From: Lytechinus pictus
Lineage: Eukaryota
Direction of reading: 5' to 3'
Assembly (NCBI RefSeq): GCF_037042905.1
Contig: NC_087246.1
Location: forward strand, 9,920,001-9,984,000
DNA length: 64,000 nucleotides
In this document: positions 52,832 to 63,286 of the stretch, piece by piece
Position numbering within the stretch: position 1 is the stretch's first letter
Layout: each line of letters begins with the position of its first letter
Program-made: the position numbers and the translations under genes
The notes under the pieces: model-generated
The model's database searches: none
Told to the model about the DNA's origin: nothing
The model's input: only the letters and a program-made list of their open reading frames with translations

Positions 52832-52889
52832 GTTTAATTGAAAAGGTGACTGATTGGACCAGATGTACAGTTAAAGAAACATCAGCATA

Positions 52890-54035
52890 ATGGAAACACT
52901 ACGAGTAGCTGAAAACGTAACAGAACAAGAAATTTCAGTATACGATGAGTATGGACTCTTTAATGTTTACATTGTGTCGACACTCTTTTCAATAATTGCT
53001 TTCCTTGGATTGACTGGAAACGCCATGGTATTCATTGCTGTTGGTTTGTCTCGCAAACTCCATGACATCACTAATACCTTCATTGTCAACTTGAGCATCT
53101 GTGATTTTTTAGCCTGCACCATCCTACCATTTCATGTAGTTTCTGTGATATCAGGAAGATGGCCACTTGCAGATTGGTACTGTTCTTTCATTGCATCTCT
53201 GACAATCATCATCCACACAAGTGGCACCATGACCCTGGCTCTGATAAGTCTGAATAGATACATGTTGATTACCAAGCCTCGCAAGCTCTACATGAAGGTT
53301 TATACCCATCACAATGTTGCCTGGATGATTGCCATGACATGGCTCTTTCCATTCTTCTTCCTTCTCATGCCTCAATTCTTTTTGGGTGGATTGGGTTATC
53401 GGCAAAAGTTTAGGGTCTGCATCTGGAATTCTGAGCACAAACTTGCTCTCATCTTCCAAGGAATTGGTGCCCTTGCATTCATCCTTTCTACTGTCATCAT
53501 CATCTTCTCCTACATCTCAATCTTCTGTTTTGTTCGAAAGCATATGCAAAAGATGACCCACAATAACAGTGTCAAAGATGCAATTGATTTTGTAGATGAT
53601 GAAAGTTCTGTCAGTAATTACAAAAACAGTTCAATCAAATCACACAGATCAACAAAGAGGAGAAAAATCAGCAAGAAACAACTTGATATCACCAAGAATC
53701 TTTGTCTGGTTGTTGTGGCTTTCTTCATCTGTGTCTTGCCTTACACAATTCACCTTCCCACAGGAATCTATGATATGAGAGGAACCTACTTAGGTGTCCT
53801 TTTTGTGAGCCACACAGGTATAAGCCCAATTCTTTATGCAGCAAAGCATCCACATTTCAAGAATATCTTCAGTTGCATGTTTCGATGCAAGTATTCTGAC
53901 ATTCCCATGCCAACCATGGGATTAAAGAAGATTTTGAACCTCTCGTCACAAAGAGTCAACAGTATCAACGATGGACGACTTAGAGGTCCATCTGTTTCAA
54001 GTAGAACAAATATCAACATAATAAACTTAAAATAA
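52890..54035 (+). CDS. Class A GPCR, NRY type, tandem paralogue 3 (GPCR-D), 381 aa
   Basis: Homologous to GPCR-B/C; motifs NLSICD, SLNRY, CVLPY and the variant SPILY. Shorter N-terminus and extended C-terminus. Acceptor AG at 52830-52831. Confidence 0.95.
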   Translation: METLRVAENVTEQEISVYDEYGLFNVYIVSTLFSIIAFLGLTGNAMVFIAVGLSRKLHDITNTFIVNLSICDFLACTILPFHVVSVISGRWPLADWYCSFIASLTIIIHTSGTMTLALISLNRYMLITKPRKLYMKVYTHHNVAWMIAMTWLFPFFFLLMPQFFLGGLGYRQKFRVCIWNSEHKLALIFQGIGALAFILSTVIIIFSYISIFCFVRKHMQKMTHNNSVKDAIDFVDDESSVSNYKNSSIKSHRSTKRRKISKKQLDITKNLCLVVVAFFICVLPYTIHLPTGIYDMRGTYLGVLFVSHTGISPILYAAKHPHFKNIFSCMFRCKYSDIPMPTMGLKKILNLSSQRVNSINDGRLRGPSVSSRTNINIINLK

Positions 54036-54235
54036 TGACAAGCAATTCTTTCAGTCACTCAGCAAGTGTACTTCTTATCAAGTTCTCATTTGACGAGGGG
54101 GCTGTATTTTGTATTTGGGTCTCTGTATAGAAATTATTATGTGTAATGGGTATATGTGGTGGCCAGAAGACCCCATTTATACACTTCAATTTCTGTTTCA
54201 ATACATAGCATTTTCGTCTTCTGAAGCAAATAAGG

Positions 54236-54322
54236 AATAATAATAATAATACAGGTTTATTTACCCAGGGAAGCCGCTTCAGCTCTGAAAACTGTTCTCC
54301 CAGCAGGCCCTGCTATTATTAT
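54236..54322 (-). mobile_element. 5'-truncated SINE (same family as 34637-34928)
   Basis: Shares gaaaactgttctcccagcaggccctgctattattat and the (AAT)n tail. Confidence 0.8.
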
Positions 54323-55639
54323 CAGCTAGCAAGCTCATACTATGAGCCCCACAACCGTTGCCTTTTTTCTGATTGAAGCGCCAGAGCTGCTCATGGCCAA
54401 AGTGCATGCTTCCTTCTCCATTGCATGCATTTGAGTGTGTAAGCACGACCACATAGGCCAGTGCTCGTACAGACCATTTTCACCTCCAAAATACCAATTA
54501 TAGAAATGGAATTAGAGTACACCTTTCCTAAGATACATTTAGAAAGTAATTAATATTACTTTTAAAAAAGCCCAAACATAAAATGCTATGCAGCCTGTAC
54601 AAAGATGAATAGAAAAATGGAGTGTCAGAAAAGTTTGGGCCATGTTTATGGAAATAGGTACATAAGTTAAGAAGTAGTTTGCACTATTTTTTTTAAGAGT
54701 GCAGTGAGGAAATAGCGTGGAGTGTTGCCATGGTAACAGGGAGTAATAAAGCATACAAAATTTGTTGTTTAATTTGATTGTAACAACATAGTGCTGTACG
54801 TACCGCAGTCAGCAGTGCAACAAAAAAAATACCTTCGAAAACAGGGATGTTGCATTATTTGTGAAACCTATTTATGAATTCAAAGATGAGATCAAGTGCA
54901 CACCAAGAAGAGATCAAGTTCTTCTTATAGCTGCACTCAAATTATCTTGATTATACTGGTCTTAAGCCTTTCAGGAAGAGAAATCCACTGGTCAACTTTT
55001 TAATGTAATTGCATCTATTTTTGATAATTTGTTTAACATCCATTTTATGTCACATGCATTTTGATGTTGGTAATGAAAAAGTGTGTATTGTATTTCTTCC
55101 TCTTGAATTTTTTAGAGTTTAAGTATACATATTTTAATCATATACATCTTTATTTAAATGTGTATTTCTTATTGAAATGAATTAAATTGGATTAAGCCAG
55201 TTAACAATTGAAGACAATGGATGACACACAACACCCTAAAAATAATATATGGTTATCAAAAATTATATAATCGTAAGTTTTCAAGTTCATTTCATGTAAT
55301 AGGAAACTTATTGCAATGAAAAGGTAAACTGAAGAGGATCATGTTAAATGACCTCATGTTCAAAATACAACCCCCCCCCCCAAAAAAAAAAGTCAAATAT
55401 TTTTGTATTGTCCATTAGAGTGACTGATAAAAGTTGACATCTGATCTTGCTGTTGGTAAAGCATTTATCACTGTTCTACTTTCCTACTAGTTTATACATC
55501 CACTAAAACAGTTATGATGTAGAGGACTTGAAATCGAATAATTCTGCAATTTAGCACAAAAAATAATTTTGAACGGTTGCTTGAACATATAGTATACTAA
55601 TTTATACACAAGAGTTCTTATAGACCAAAGCATTGTTAA

Positions 55640-55905
55640 TTTGGCTCAGTTGGTAGAGCGTCCGCCTCACAACCGGGAGGTCGGGGGTTCAAAACCCGGC
55701 TGCGTCAGACCAAGAGACGTTAAAAGATGGGAGTTGCTGCTACCCAGTTTGGCGTTCAACGATTAAAGGGAAAGAGCCTCGTCGATCTGGCGCTGCACAG
55801 TGGCTGCCGGGCCCACCATTAATTGGGCAAAGCAAATTTTCGGAGTATTTCATTTCATGTCTATTTCGATCAATAAAATATGGATTTTCATTTTTTCATT
55901 TTCAT
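55640..55905 (+). mobile_element. tRNA-derived SINE, second family
   Basis: A box TGGCTCAGTTGG (55642-55653), B box GGTTCAAAACC (about 55686-55696), non-tRNA body, AATAAA and (TTTTCA)n tail. Confidence 0.85.
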
Positions 55906-56179
55906 GTTCTAAGGATAACCTATACAACACTAAGAAGTACCCACAGACCGTCCATATATCATCCAAACATTTGGTACAGGAAGTAACAAGGCCTGTGTCA
56001 TTTTTTTAATGGTACATTGACTGACAATATCAAGGATGTTTTTTTTTAACTTTTGTTTGGACCCAAGCCAAAGAAGGCCAGTACATGTAACAATAAGTGG
56101 AAAAATATGTAGGAAGTCACAAATCTAAGGTTACTTCAGCTAAAGCTACTTGGAAAGGGAAATTCCATTCTGAGTCCTG

Positions 56180-56346
56180 GTGGGTGTTTCATGAAAGATG
56201 TCAGCTCTGACTAAATTGTCAGTGCTGACTATTATAGTGAAATCCTTGCTTTTGATTGGCTGAGAAGCACTGGCCTCTGACTGTTACTATGGTAACTGTT
56301 GGAGAAAGACAACTTGCTAGTGCTGACAACTTTCATGAAACAGTCC
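56180..56346. mobile_element. Short Harbinger-like MITE with CCAAT and X-box-like core
   Basis: TIR tgtttcatgaaag(a)tgtcagc / gctgacaactttcatgaaaca; internal gattggctg and gttactatggtaac. Confidence 0.75.
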
Positions 56347-59289
56347 CAGAAGTAGATTTACTAAAACTACTAACATGAGGACAAAATTTCATTGAAATCA
56401 AACTTCTCTTTCTTTTCATAGTTACATCATGTGCTATGCACGATGCAAGAACAGATTGTTATTATTATAATTAATAGTATTATTATTATTATTTTGTATT
56501 ATTATTCATGATAAATATATCGTTTCACAGAAGTATATGCTGTCATTTTGCTATGAAATAATACATCTAATGTAATATTCAAACAGGCAAAGAACTTATT
56601 TTATATCTGTAATGGAAATAAAAGAATTATGGAATCAATGGGAGAGTAGCTCACAGGTTGTGTCACAGAATAAAACAAACCAATCACAATAGTTTGCTTT
56701 TGATCAAATGTCAGGGTAGCTTTTTACTTTAATACAACCTTGTACATAGGCAGTCATAAGCAAATAATACTTGATCTAAAAAACCAATGTAAATGATGGA
56801 TTTTACAAAGGCAACAAAGCCACAATGAATCAGCAGTGTTAGTTTTGTGTATATAAACAAGGATGTAAATTGTAATTATTAATCGTTTATTTCACCTCAG
56901 CTTTCATTTTCACTTTTGTCTTAGGCATGTATGATACCGATAAATTTCTTTGAAAAATAAAACCATGATAAAACTAAATATATTTTCTCGTTTTCTTCCC
57001 TTTGCAAAACAAATAATGAATCAGAAATATCTATAAGGTCTGTTCATTTATTTGTTTCCTGTCTTATGTAGAATTATCTTAAATAAAGAAACTATGCAGA
57101 TATATACGAGGTTTATAATATCAACTAATGCATGATTATTGGGTTTGCTGATTTTTTTTCAATATTTCAATATTTTCTACCCTCTTGTAGGTTGCTCTAA
57201 CAGTGCCATAGTTTTCTATCATAATTTTTAGATTACAGTAAATATATTTAATTTTATGATACACAGAAGGCTGATTATGAAAAGTATAACCCTAACAGTA
57301 AAACAATTCATAGATTGATATGAATCTAAAAAGTGTGTCACGAGGGTGCATATAAATTTATTTATTTCCTGGAAACACATTGGTCATAGGGACAATTCTT
57401 GTGATAAACTCCATTGATCATAATGTGCAATAATATCATATTAAAAATCAAATGATGTTTTTCGCTTCTTGGAGCAAAGTCCAAATTTAAAAAAGAACAC
57501 ACTTTATGCAATCACTTGACATGTTTGTTTCTGTCATAACTCATAAGAACAATTAGCTACTACAGCTGTCGATGTAGAGGGTGGTATAAATATGAATGAG
57601 GCAAATGTGTATTTCTAAAATTGCAAAGTACAAATATCTTACAGCAATCCATTTATGCAAGGCTAGATTTTCAATTTAATATCTTTCCGGAAATAATAAT
57701 AATCATTTCTGCTGTTGAAAAAAGAATCATCTGCATAAAACAAGTTTATTTTGATCTATGAAGAGTACTTGGAATTCAAGCTTAACTTTCACTTTTTAAA
57801 AGGGATATAATTACTAAAGAATTATTTCTTATATGAAAATAGTAACCATGGTATTCTGGTTTTCCAGGCACCCAATAAGGAATGATATAGTTCCTGTTAT
57901 TGATTAATTATCATTAGCCTTTCTTTATACAACCTGGTTTTCGACGTAAACTAATAAGGTTATGTTTAATTTTGAAACAAGATGCTACAAATTTAAACAA
58001 CACAGTTGGATTTCTAATATTCATTGCTTTTAAATTGATAGAAAAAAAAAACTTTTTAAACTCTCTTTAAACTTGCAAGGAACAACTAAGAGTTCATACA
58101 CCAGTTCATATAAAAATTATACATTTTGCTTAATTGTGTTTTACAGTGTGTAGATAATAATTCATAACAGATATCAAGCTGTTTCACATATTCAGGCACG
58201 CCTAATTCAAAATAAATTCTGAACGAATGTTAAATTTAGATTTAAATCCTTGAAATTTAATCTAAAATGATTTAATTTGAATTTGTATCCATCCAGATTT
58301 GAATTCTAATCCAAAATTTAGCAGAGATGGATTTATTCTCCAGAAACATGTCGATTGAGTGTGGTGGGTGACAAACCAAAGTCCAAAATTTTAAATTTCA
58401 TTTTAAAAAGTAACATAATATCGTTCCTAATATCGTTTCTAGAATGCAGTTATTATTTAAACCAATCTCCAAATTTGGCTGCATCTGCATTCATTTTCAG
58501 AAATATGAAACAAAAACCTACATATAGGACAGGTCATCAATTTATCATTACCAGCAACATTTTGGAAGCTTCCATAAATACTGTGACTGGCACACAAGGT
58601 TTTAAAAAAGTGGGAATAGAGTTTACTTCAAATGTACATAGCTACTTTTCAGTTGAGGCCTAGATCCCGTTTCATTTCAGTCCAATTATTTCTTGATCAG
58701 TCAAGTGACAGGCGTGTGAGACAACAAGAAACCTTAATTACTATTCCAGAGTAAAAACAGTAAATAGGTGAAATTATATACCAGCGTTAATAATGCAATC
58801 TGTGCTGCCTGCTATACAGCCAGCAGGCTAGATTACATACAGCATTAATCACAATACTTTGAGCAACATTGTACAGCATATTTTCAGGTTGTGTCGCCTT
58901 TCTTGCAATATGCTGTGCACAGTGAACTGGGATTATTGGAATTGCAATCTAAGAGTCATCTTCCATGAATGGTGCAGATAATTCATCCTATTGAGAGAGA
59001 AGCACACTGGGCACTAAAAACTAATAAAAATTGAAATAATTTCATCTTTTGGGTAATAATAAAAATCAAAAGTTTGATTATTTAAATTATTATTCATACA
59101 CTCTACGCGCTATGGTACTTTTTGTTTTTACCATCTATAAATATCTTATATTATTATTATCAAATGCTAAAAGAGACAGCAAATTCCTGCAAGTGGATCA
59201 ACCTGGGTCACTAAGTTCTTATTTTATATTTGTTTGCTCTTTCTTTTCATTTAGATAATCTTTTTGTTGGGGTGGAATTGCCCTTTTAA

Positions 59290-60098
59290 CTCTTTGCCCG
59301 CCACATACACTATCCCCCTGCGCCACATTAATTTTGGGGTGCCACATTCAGAGGGGGTTTGCGTGCACTGTCTTATTCAACTCGCAATAACTTTTTACTG
59401 GTTTGTCGTATTGAAAAAAATTGTGTAGCAAAGTTTTAGAGAAATGAATACTCTTGCCAATGGTATCATTTTTGCTATGTATAGAATCATAGATTTTGAG
59501 AATTTTAACTTTACCTCTTATATTCAATACTTCCTAATGAAGGTTAAATTTCTAAGTTATTCCATTGAAAAGATGTGTTCTTTAGCTTTCATTACATACC
59601 AAATCCATGTCTTTATGGTCATTATGAGCTAAGCAGTTTAGGATTGAAATGGGGCATTCAAAAAGAGTAAACTGACAGTGACAATGAACTTAACTCTTCT
59701 ATTGAAATTGACCCATGCTACTTCTCAATAGACTTCCGTCCTGGGAGACTTCCCGTCTATTGATACTTTGATCCCCTTATTGTTTTAGGGAGGTGGCAAT
59801 TTGTATCATTCTTTTATTACAAGGAAAGCAGTGCAAGCTATTGAAAGCTCATCGAAATATATCCTAAAGCAGTTTAAAAAACTCAATTTTACGCGAAAAA
59901 TCTCTATGTAAACAACGTCGGCGAAAGCTATAACACGAAAGCTAGATTCGTAAACAATGCAATACACGTGTCGCTATTGTATGTGTGTGCACACAATTAC
60001 AATTAAATCGTTCCGTATGCATTGTGTGCGAACTGTGACTTGAGTCGTCGTTGGCAGTCCGCTGTATGTGCCGCGAGTCGTCCGTGGCGGGCAAAGAG
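59290..60098. mobile_element. piggyBac-like MITE
   Basis: Perfect 15-bp TIR CTCTTTGCCCGCCAC / GTGGCGGGCAAAGAG, with TTAA on both flanks. Confidence 0.9.
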
Positions 60099-60949
60099 TT
60101 AACAGGTTATTTTCAGTTTCCCTTTTGCACATTTCATTACATGTTATAAAATACCTAATCCTTTAACAAGTATTTCATGTTTTAGATTTCCATGTGTTTG
60201 CATACTACTACTTCAAAACTAACAGAAAAGGGAAAGTTGCTGCATTCACACACCAGCAAATATGACTCCAGACCAAGCAAAGATAGAACATTATTTTGGA
60301 TGACATACTATTTGGTCCGTTTGGAGGTGGTTTTGGTGGTGTGAATGACTTGCAACATACATATGAATTTGTTGTGTTCATTTAACGCGCACCGTGGCAA
60401 ATCCCCTATTCCGGCGTCAAAACCTGACAAAATAGACCCATTTTCGGCTCTTTTAACTCATACCTCAAAAACCGCTCGAGATTTTTCACAGGTTCAAACG
60501 GTGTTTTAATTTTAGACTTGTTTTACATCCCATGATATCTGTCATTTTTTATTCTGATTAAAAAATGAACGCCGACGACATGATGGGTATTGACATACTG
60601 TCTGTAAACCAATATCATTATTACATCAGGAAAGAAATAAGAAGAACAAAATTATATTGTCATTCAGGATCATCAGTCAATATTTAATCGACTGTTCCCA
60701 GGTAAATTGATTTTTATCTATTTTATCAACAACGGCAAGTTTTATTAAGCAAGTGATTCACTTTTGCTGCTACAAAGAGATTCTTGCCAATAGTGATTGA
60801 TTAAAAGGTGGTAGACTCAGAGTGCATGGGAGCTGAGCAAGCTGAACGGTGGGTGGAGAGCTTCCCCCTCCCGGAGTTTGAAATTCTATTTATTATTTCT
60901 CCTATTTTGCACTTTAAGGCAATCATCACTTCTCAATTTCATACAAAAT

Positions 60950-61621
60950 TTCATACTTGCGATGGCTGGTGAAAGGCATTTTTTAAAAATCGTTTTCAAT
61001 GGTAACTGATAGTAAATCATGTTTACCCTTCGTGTTTGGGTTCGTAAACATTCTGAAAAACAGCTGCGATTATTCAGATTTGCGCAGAAATTTTGAACAT
61101 GTTTAAAATTTCCTGACGAATTGAAAAATTGTTGGTCATCTGTTTGAATTTGCTTCTCTTATTTAGTCTGCGGTAATCGTTCGTTTTTATCGTTTGTGTG
61201 TTGTTATCGCGCATAGTCCCTCATCGTGCTTTTGCCAAAGTGGACCAATCTTGACAGAACCCTTAACAAAGCAACACGATGACACAAACATACAAGAATG
61301 CCCGATCTATTCCCTCATCTTCGTTTGTAATCGCACGCCATATCAAACCATTGCTCACTGTTCGTTCGTCTTATTGGGTTGTATTAACCCTTCGCTCGTC
61401 TTCAGCAGCAAATTACTCAAAGAGATGAACCGAAATATTGATATCCTTCCCATGTCATATTCATCCTTCGCTTACCGTTCATAGATAGAATTAGACAATA
61501 GTTACTGATCACATGATTTGACGGAAATTTTATTTGAATTCGTTGAATTTGCGTGCATTTCGTGCATTTTTCCCATTCATCACCCTTCGTTCGCCTACAT
61601 TCACTCAGGTGTGAGGGGGCT
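60950..61621. mobile_element. Harbinger-like element fragment (right end)
   Basis: Ends in caggtgtgagggggct|tta and is rich in ttcgt/cgaa repeats. No matching left TIR was found and the left boundary is approximate. Confidence 0.5.
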
Positions 61622-63286
61622 TTAAGCCCTTCATCTCATAAATCCTTTCTTGTAAATACAGATGACCAAGACTATTCTCCTACACATGAGGTGACTATTG
61701 CACTGCAATATTTTAAACACAAACGGCACAGAGTTAAAATTATTCAGTAAACTTCCTGCACAATTGTTGTATTGGTTGTTTGCTATCTTGCCATGAATTG
61801 CAATTCATCTGACAAAGTCTAAAATTGTACACTGCCAATTGATCTTAAAAACATTTCCTTGTATGCTTTTTTAATGATTTTAATGGTACATGATATAGTT
61901 ACGCTCTAACATTTCAAAAGTTTGAATTACTTGGTGGTGTATCAGACCCGGATTGGTATTTCATTCACGAACCTTCTATCTAGAACAGACTTTTACGGGT
62001 GATCAAAATCGTGGCCGATGAAAGTCAAAATCTTGTGTCTCTTTTTGCGTCGCTTTGACGGCATTTCATGTGCTGAAAATTCCCACATCAACTATCATTT
62101 TCGTGAACTTCATGTATTGTGAAAAAAATGTTGAATGAGGTAAAACTTCAAACGAGACTTGCCGAAAACAGGCTGCCTATTATTTGTTGACACAACCCTC
62201 ACGCAAATCCTACACACGTGAAAATTATCAATATTCATGAGGTTTCATTCCTTGTATGGTATCAGTTTTTTCTGGGCCGGTCTCATATGAAGTCAGAAAA
62301 TCATAATTTTGTAAAGGCCTAACAGAGAAAATTGTACTCCTCGAAGACTTGAGAAAAGACATCATACGACGGGAGCTGATTTCGCTGGCTCAGCTGGTCA
62401 CGTGTTGTACAAGGTTCTTGTGATGAAAAAAATTAATCGGCGAAAACTATCCATTGCCATGTGAGATCTAATAGTCGTTTCGAATTTCGCGCTGTGTGGA
62501 GCCACACAGCGCAACACTCAAATACAAACATGTGGGACTGTAATGAGGATTAATGCACTAGGATGCAATGGATCGGATGTATCATGATTATTTTGATCAT
62601 AGACATTTGAGTACTTTTTTTATATAACCATCATGCACAATTATATTGCACAGGATTTACAGGGATAAACAAATTATATTTTTTGCACACACTCAAAGCA
62701 TTCATTTATAGCCGGTCAAGAAAAAAAGTGAATTTTAGGTGAAAAAAATTCCTCTTTTTTTTTTTTCGTATATATCATCCCGAAAAATGTTTAATCTTAT
62801 TATTACAACATTATACTAATGTACAGTTTAGAAATTTATCACTTTCTTTATTCTGTTAGATTTTACACCATCAATTATTGTAATCTTATATAAATCTGTA
62901 TAAATCCTCAATTTCCAAAATAAACCCATTGTTACCCATTTCGTCCTCATGAATAATGAGACTACTTTGGAAATATGATATTGCTCCAAAGGCCAGTCAA
63001 TAGTTTGTTTTTATAATACAAAAATATTTAGTGCAGAAGAAATCTAATAAAGATAATAACTCACCGAATCAATACAGTACTCATTTCAATAACAAGTAGA
63101 ATGGCGGATTCATGTTTATTTCTGAACACTTACCTGCAATGACAATAAAGAAAAGAGAGAACACACGTAAAGAGTTATGCAATTATGATTCTAAATCCTT
63201 ATACCCTATAAATGGTACGGTAAATAGTAAAGAATGAACATTACAATATCAAGGTGAATTCATTACTAACAGTACCACCTTGTCAC

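Noticed and set aside
41392-54058. Antisense and alternative-frame ORFs over the GPCR genes
   Set aside because: These are shadow ORFs of hydrophobic coding sequence; their similarity to each other just reflects the paralogy.
55640-55712. Possible tRNA gene
   Set aside because: A and B boxes are present, but the acceptor stem does not pair and the sequence continues into a SINE body and tail.
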